Virus record (IMG/VR): IMGVR_UViG_2778261697_000006
Reading direction: 5' to 3' (one strand)
Source: a virus
Taxonomy: Duplodnaviria; Heunggongvirae; Uroviricota; Caudoviricetes
Length of the DNA stretch: 10,680 nucleotides
Under the pieces are notes generated by a model. That model ran no database searches. It saw only the letters and a program-made list of their open reading frames with translations, and was not told the DNA's origin. The translations under genes and the position numbers were made by a program. Positions 6,722-10,680 of the stretch are shown here, piece after piece; position 1 is the stretch's first letter, and each line of letters starts with the position of its first letter.

Positions 6722-7652
6722 GTGCGCCCCCTGTGCGAATACGTCCGGCAAAAAAGCAAACGTGATCCCGCGCCAGAATGCGGCGGGCTTCCTGCTCAGT
6801 CTCTGCGGCGATATGGTGAATTTTGGCGGTAATTGTCGGCATATCGCGGCGAACTGCGGCGATAATCCAGATAAATTGCGGTTTTTGGGTAGGGGTAGTA
6901 GCCAGCATAGCGGCAGCCTCTGATTCATGGTTTTGAGAACCACCACCGGAAACGCCAATTTCGCTGGTGGTGAACTGTACAGGGTTGGCGTAACCGGGAA
7001 TCAGAGAAACCGGCGCGGATTGCTCCGCCCCCATACAGTCCACCATTGAACAGGTGTAACTGCGCGGCACAAAAAAACACGCATGGCGCGTGTTGTGCGC
7101 TCTGATAATTACCGGGACGCCAATCCCGACACCAGATTTTGCTGGTGCGCTATAACCATAAACCGGGTTGGCGATAGTCGGCAAGCTCTTTTTTATGGAC
7201 TCCGAAAACTCACCTTCTCGCGTAACGACCCCTAGTAAATCTTCCAGCGCACGCGTATTTGTCGAGAAAGTCGATGTGGAACGGTTCACAACGGTAGCAA
7301 TCCAGTTCATACCACCAGCCAGCAGGGGGAATTTATTCCCCACAATCAGCTTTTTAGAGGTGATTATTTCTTGGTTTAAAATGTCATCATTTGTCGTCAT
7401 TCCCCGTGCGTGGATGTCAGGTTTTGTGAGGTTCAGGCTAAGTTTTGCTAAGTCATTAACCATAACAATTGATAACAGGCAGCCGTTCGCGACCTTTGGT
7501 TTTATAAGGTTGTAAGGGTTAACATTTGTTAACAGGCTAGCCAGATTAAAGGCTTCTTTCTGGGCGGCAAATTCATTACCGTTAATTGTTCCCTGATAGG
7601 CGTTCAGATGAGGGGCGGCCTCAGAAATTAATCTGCTTTTTTCGATGTTCAT
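6714..7652 (-). CDS. Hypothetical protein (312 aa), satellite-specific, function unknown
   Basis: Long ORF with a GAGG SD 6 nt before the ATG at 7650-7652, only 11 nt after the stop of the 144-aa ORF. Protein-like composition; no catalytic motif recognised. Confidence 0.6.
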   Translation of the reverse strand: MNIEKSRLISEAAPHLNAYQGTINGNEFAAQKEAFNLASLLTNVNPYNLIKPKVANGCLLSIVMVNDLAKLSLNLTKPDIHARGMTTNDDILNQEIITSKKLIVGNKFPLLAGGMNWIATVVNRSTSTFSTNTRALEDLLGVVTREGEFSESIKKSLPTIANPVYGYSAPAKSGVGIGVPVIIRAHNTRHACFFVPRSYTCSMVDCMGAEQSAPVSLIPGYANPVQFTTSEIGVSGGGSQNHESEAAAMLATTPTQKPQFIWIIAAVRRDMPTITAKIHHIAAETEQEARRILARDHVCFFAGRIRTGGAHA

Positions 7653-7663
7653 TTTCAGCCTCG

Positions 7664-8098
7664 TTAGGCGGCGGTGAGATTGTCCGGGTATAGATTGAGA
7701 ATGTCGGCAATTTCAGGTTGAGAAAGTCCCTGATAGCCGCCAGCGTCGGCGTTATGGTTCACAAGCCTAATAACTTTTAGAACGTCACCGCGCCCGGTAA
7801 AGCGATAGCGTAAATGTGACCCTATCCCGTCGGGGTTCTTTTCGTCTATACGCTCAAGCTGAATATCAAGCCTGCGCTCTAACTCACTGGCGTAGTTCCT
7901 TCCAGACGAAAGGCGGCAATAACGCAGAATGTCGTTTTCTGTCCATCCCTCTACGCCAGTACGCAGCATATAGACGCGGGCGCGGTGTTTCTTTGGGGTT
8001 CGCTTAGGTACTTGTACCGGGCTGGTGGTCGGCGTAATATCAGACGTGCGAATATCTGAGTTAGCCGCCTGCTGTACGGGGCGGTTTTTCTTTTTCAT
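7664..8098 (-). CDS. Hypothetical protein (144 aa) with basic N-terminal tail
   Basis: ATG at 8096-8098 overlaps the alpA-like stop (TAATG), preceded by AAGGTGG. N-terminus K/R/P-rich (MKKKNRPVQQ...PKRTPKKHRAR). No family recognised. Confidence 0.55.
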   Translation of the reverse strand: MKKKNRPVQQAANSDIRTSDITPTTSPVQVPKRTPKKHRARVYMLRTGVEGWTENDILRYCRLSSGRNYASELERRLDIQLERIDEKNPDGIGSHLRYRFTGRGDVLKVIRLVNHNADAGGYQGLSQPEIADILNLYPDNLTAA

Positions 8099-8385
8099 TA
8101 CGCCACCTTTCCCCGGCGCTCCGCCAGCCAGTTATTAATCTCTACCGCATCAAAGGCGGTCACGTTATCGGTGAGTTTTACCGGGCGCGGCAGTGTGCCG
8201 TTTTTAACCCAGCGATCGATAGTTGGCATGGATACACCCAGAAGTTCCGGCATGCGGAAACGACGGATGTATCCTGTTGTTGGGATAGCGGAGATTGCCG
8301 CTTGATGTGCTGTCATATGTCCTGTAACTCCTGTGATAGCTGATGAAGTTACGGTAATCATGTGATCAAGGGGGTTAGATGTCAT
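8098..8385 (-). CDS. alpA: AlpA-family phage regulatory / excisionase-like DNA-binding protein (95 aa as longest ORF; true start may be internal)
   Basis: C-terminal half YIRRFRMPELLGVSMPTIDRWVKNGTLPRPVKLTDNVTAFDAVEINNWLAER resembles the AlpA HTH core. The first ATG (8383-8385) has no SD; an internal ATG at 8314-8316 has AGGAG about 11 nt upstream, so the N-terminus is uncertain. Confidence 0.7.
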   Translation of the reverse strand: MTSNPLDHMITVTSSAITGVTGHMTAHQAAISAIPTTGYIRRFRMPELLGVSMPTIDRWVKNGTLPRPVKLTDNVTAFDAVEINNWLAERRGKVA

Positions 8386-8421
8386 CGCAACGAAAAATGG
8401 ATTTTCGCTGCGAAACTATCC

Positions 8422-9318
8422 TCATGATTTAAAAGATTTATTAGCCGATGAGAAATATTCATCCAGTAAGCGGGGACTTAACTTTAAACCTACATCCAGC
8501 ATTTCTGCCTTGAGGGCGTCTTGTGTCCACCTTTTAGAGGTTGGTTCAGCTTTTTTTAAAGCTTTCAGCATTGAACCTATCACTAATAAGCTTTCGTTTA
8601 AGGTCAAATCGCCATCGTCTCTTCCAAGCGATTGCTGCTCAAACTTCTCAATATTCTCGCGCCTAAAAATAAACTCAACATCTCCCAATCCGTCGGCAGG
8701 ATAAAAGAATCTATGGTGATTATCAAAATCAACCTTTTCACCTGTCACGCTGTCACAATAAGCCAACACATCATCATTCATTCTCTTAAACTCAAGAGGG
8801 TTGAAACTCTCCATAATGTTATAGAGTTCTCCCCCGCTGAGCACGAAAGCACCCTCGGTATTCACAAACTCCCTCGGATTTCTGCCTTGCTTAATGTCGA
8901 ATAAGTGCATGACATCAAGCTCCTCGCTCCCCAGCAGAGGGCAAGGCAAGTCATAAATGTCATGTCTCAACCTAACGACTGCCCCCTCCCTTTTGATAGT
9001 TTCATATTCAAAATCCAACTCTGCATTTGTAAAAAACCTTACGTCATTTAGAAGCGAGGAGAATGCTCCTTCACTTGTCGTTTCCGTTATGGTGCGCGAG
9101 AACAATTCTCTTTTAGAGGTTGTAACGATTTTTGCTTTAACTGCATACCTAGAGTCGGATAAGAGAATAGATATTGTTATATGACCATCTAAAGCCAATT
9201 GAAGGCAATCAACCTCACTTATTTCCTCTCCAAAAGAAACAGTAAGTCTTTTGGCTGCCTCATTTAATGTTAACCACTCTTTTAGTTTAAAAAGCTTTTT
9301 CACTGCGTCACCTTTCAC
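8422..9318 (-). CDS. Hypothetical protein (298 aa), AT-rich cargo gene between int and alpA; possible N-terminal HTH
   Basis: Long ORF with no ATG in the first ~137 codons: starts at GTG 9316-9318 (AAGG 6 nt upstream) or GTG 9301-9303 (AAGGTG 5 nt upstream). Markedly AT-richer than flanks by eye. N-terminal WLTLNEAAKRLTVSFGEEISEV has a helix-turn-helix-like pattern. No enzymatic motif recognised. Confidence 0.6.
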   Translation of the reverse strand: MKGDAVKKLFKLKEWLTLNEAAKRLTVSFGEEISEVDCLQLALDGHITISILLSDSRYAVKAKIVTTSKRELFSRTITETTSEGAFSSLLNDVRFFTNAELDFEYETIKREGAVVRLRHDIYDLPCPLLGSEELDVMHLFDIKQGRNPREFVNTEGAFVLSGGELYNIMESFNPLEFKRMNDDVLAYCDSVTGEKVDFDNHHRFFYPADGLGDVEFIFRRENIEKFEQQSLGRDDGDLTLNESLLVIGSMLKALKKAEPTSKRWTQDALKAEMLDVGLKLSPRLLDEYFSSANKSFKS

Positions 9319-9335
9319 GCTACGCCTTAATGAGC

Positions 9336-9391
9336 GATTGAGTCAGGCGGTAAGGCTTCCCGCTTTTCGCCCCGTCGAGCTAGACTCAATC
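9336..9391. repeat. 9-bp perfect inverted repeat GATTGAGTC / GACTCAATC separated by 38 bp, in the int - 298-aa gene intergenic region
   Basis: Read directly: 9336-9344 and 9383-9391 are reverse complements. Lies just 3' of the int stop and upstream of the 298-aa gene. Confidence 0.35.
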
Positions 9392-9420
9392 TGTCCGTTA
9401 ATTCTGGTTACTAATCGTGG

Positions 9421-10680
9421 TTACTTCGCCTTTCTCAATGGCGTCACGTTGTATTCTTCGCCGCGTTCCAGAGCCACCAGCAAATCACACCACTGCGCCA
9501 GCGCCGCTTTACGCTCATCAAAATACTGGTGACGGTTATAGATACCCTCCACGCCTTTAATTTTGTGGTTGAGGCATCTTTCAGCCACTACGGGATCAAC
9601 GCCCAGCGCGGCTAAATGGGTGCGGGCTGTGCGCCGGAAGTCGTGAATAGTGAAATTCGGCACGTCCGACATTTCAGCGCGAACCTTAGCCAGTGCTACG
9701 GGTAAAGTGCTTTCCTGAATATGTGGGATCATTCTGTTTTGCATCTTCCTGGCTGGAAGCACCCATGCGCTGTTGCATGAGAACGTTTTAAGCTCTCTCA
9801 GCCATTCGACGGCTGGCGGTGCTAATGGAATGTCTATAGCGTCGCCGTTTTTGCTGCGTTCCTCTGGTAAATGCCATACGGCTTTATCAAAATCGAACTC
9901 CTCCCAGCGGGCGGCGCATAACTCCATTTTGCGGACGCATAACGCTAACAGTAATTTGAACGTGATTTCGTTCTGGCGACTGAATCCCTTAGCCGTGCGC
10001 ATGGCTTTGAATAGCTGGATTAACTCATCGCGGGTTAACCAGCGGTCGCGGGAAACTTCTTTCCCTCCGGCGTCTGCCACCTCAAAGGCTGAACATGGGT
10101 TAATCTCCAGCGCGTGCCGTTTGATTCCGTAGTCGAATATGCGGCGCGTCCATCTCAGCACGTCCGTTGCTATGGTCGGCGCTCCACGGTCAACAATACC
10201 TTTCAGCATGTCATCGATATGGCGCGGCTTCACGTCCTCCACCTTCATGTTGCCAATGCAGGGGTTTATATCTTTGTCGATACGGCGGCGGAGTATATCG
10301 GGGTGCTTCCAGCGCGGGAGGATCTGACGCTCAAAGTATTCAGCGGCAAGCTCTGAAACGCGCATAGCGTTCTTCTCTGCTTCCATCTTCGCCAGTGCTT
10401 CGGCTTTCCGTTCCTGCTTCTCTCCTGCAACGTCATAGCCCAACGCAACGCGAGCCGATAGCTCTTTGGCTGTCTCTCTGGCCTTTGATAGTGATAGCTC
10501 GGCATATGAGCCGATAACCATTGCTCGCTGCTTACCTGCGAATTTATAGCGAAAGCGCCAGAAAGGGACTGTGTAGTTTTTGGGGTAGCAAATATAAAGG
10601 CCGTTGCCATCGGCCCTTCCTTCAAATCTATCTCCGGCCTTTATCCATGCGCGGATCTGCATGTCTGTAATCTTTGGCAT
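9421..10680 (-). CDS. int: P4-type tyrosine integrase / site-specific recombinase (419 aa)
   Basis: N-terminus ITDMQIRAWIKAGDRFEGRADGNGLYICYPKNYTVPFWRFRYKFAGKQRAMVIGSYAELSLSKARE matches the arm-binding domain pattern of P4-family integrases; C-terminus has HDFRRTARTHLAALG and LNHKIKGVEGIYNRHQY (H-x-x-R box and catalytic Tyr region). Start codon ATG at 10678-10680, the window edge. Confidence 0.9.
   Translation of the reverse strand: MPKITDMQIRAWIKAGDRFEGRADGNGLYICYPKNYTVPFWRFRYKFAGKQRAMVIGSYAELSLSKARETAKELSARVALGYDVAGEKQERKAEALAKMEAEKNAMRVSELAAEYFERQILPRWKHPDILRRRIDKDINPCIGNMKVEDVKPRHIDDMLKGIVDRGAPTIATDVLRWTRRIFDYGIKRHALEINPCSAFEVADAGGKEVSRDRWLTRDELIQLFKAMRTAKGFSRQNEITFKLLLALCVRKMELCAARWEEFDFDKAVWHLPEERSKNGDAIDIPLAPPAVEWLRELKTFSCNSAWVLPARKMQNRMIPHIQESTLPVALAKVRAEMSDVPNFTIHDFRRTARTHLAALGVDPVVAERCLNHKIKGVEGIYNRHQYFDERKAALAQWCDLLVALERGEEYNVTPLRKAK

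Larger units (their letters stand above)
1..10680 (-). mobile_element. Phage satellite / PICI-like integrative island, partial (boundaries and att sites not in view)
   Basis: Co-oriented int, alpA-like and P4-alpha-like primase genes followed by an iteron origin, with downstream accessory genes; the int start codon sits at the window edge, so attL and any tRNA target lie outside. Element limits cannot be set from this window. Confidence 0.6.

Noticed and set aside
6722-6958. N-terminal 79 codons of the 138-aa track ORF (6542..6958)
   Set aside because: Overlaps the 3' end of the 312-aa gene out of frame and is L/P/R-rich low complexity; only the C-terminal 59 codons, starting at an ATG next to the 312-aa stop with an upstream G-run, look like a real coupled gene.
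8510-9184. Plus-strand ORFs antisense to the 298-aa gene (8510..8704, 8632..8904, 8957..9184)
   Set aside because: AT-rich regions generate open antisense frames by chance; the minus-strand 298-aa frame is far longer and sits in operon context with int and alpA.
9773-10625. Plus- and minus-strand track ORFs inside the integrase gene (9773..10132, 10114..10356, 10139..10327, 10167..10367, 10266..10625)
   Set aside because: Embedded in the integrase coding region; sequences are low complexity and typical of GC-rich off-frames.
1-10680. tRNA or tmRNA gene serving as the integration target
   Set aside because: I could not recognise a tRNA-like segment in the window; the int start codon is at the window edge, so the att site and target gene are most likely just outside.

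Overview
The window reads as the interior of a small integrative phage-satellite / PICI-like island, coded almost entirely on the minus strand. From right to left: a complete P4-type tyrosine integrase (start codon at the last base of the window), an AT-rich 298-aa orphan gene, an AlpA-family regulator heading a translationally coupled chain of small genes, and an 813-aa P4-alpha-like primase-helicase (Zn-ribbon, TOPRIM EGLATA, GEGGSGKS Walker A). Directly downstream of it lies an iteron array of GTAGGGATA 9-mers in both orientations, which I read as the replication origin. Beyond the origin are a probable intrinsic terminator, a perfect palindrome, and a separate AT-rich two-gene operon (small RHH-like protein translationally coupled to an HEAGH zinc-metallopeptidase-like protein), then a PerC-family regulator, a 61-aa ORF, a pRiA4b-ORF3-like protein and a convergent plus-strand gene. 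No rRNA, tRNA or CRISPR array is visible. The two AT-rich cargo units (RHH-metallopeptidase pair; 298-aa gene between int and alpA) are the best candidates for an undescribed accessory or anti-phage function. All family assignments are from motif recall, not from searches.
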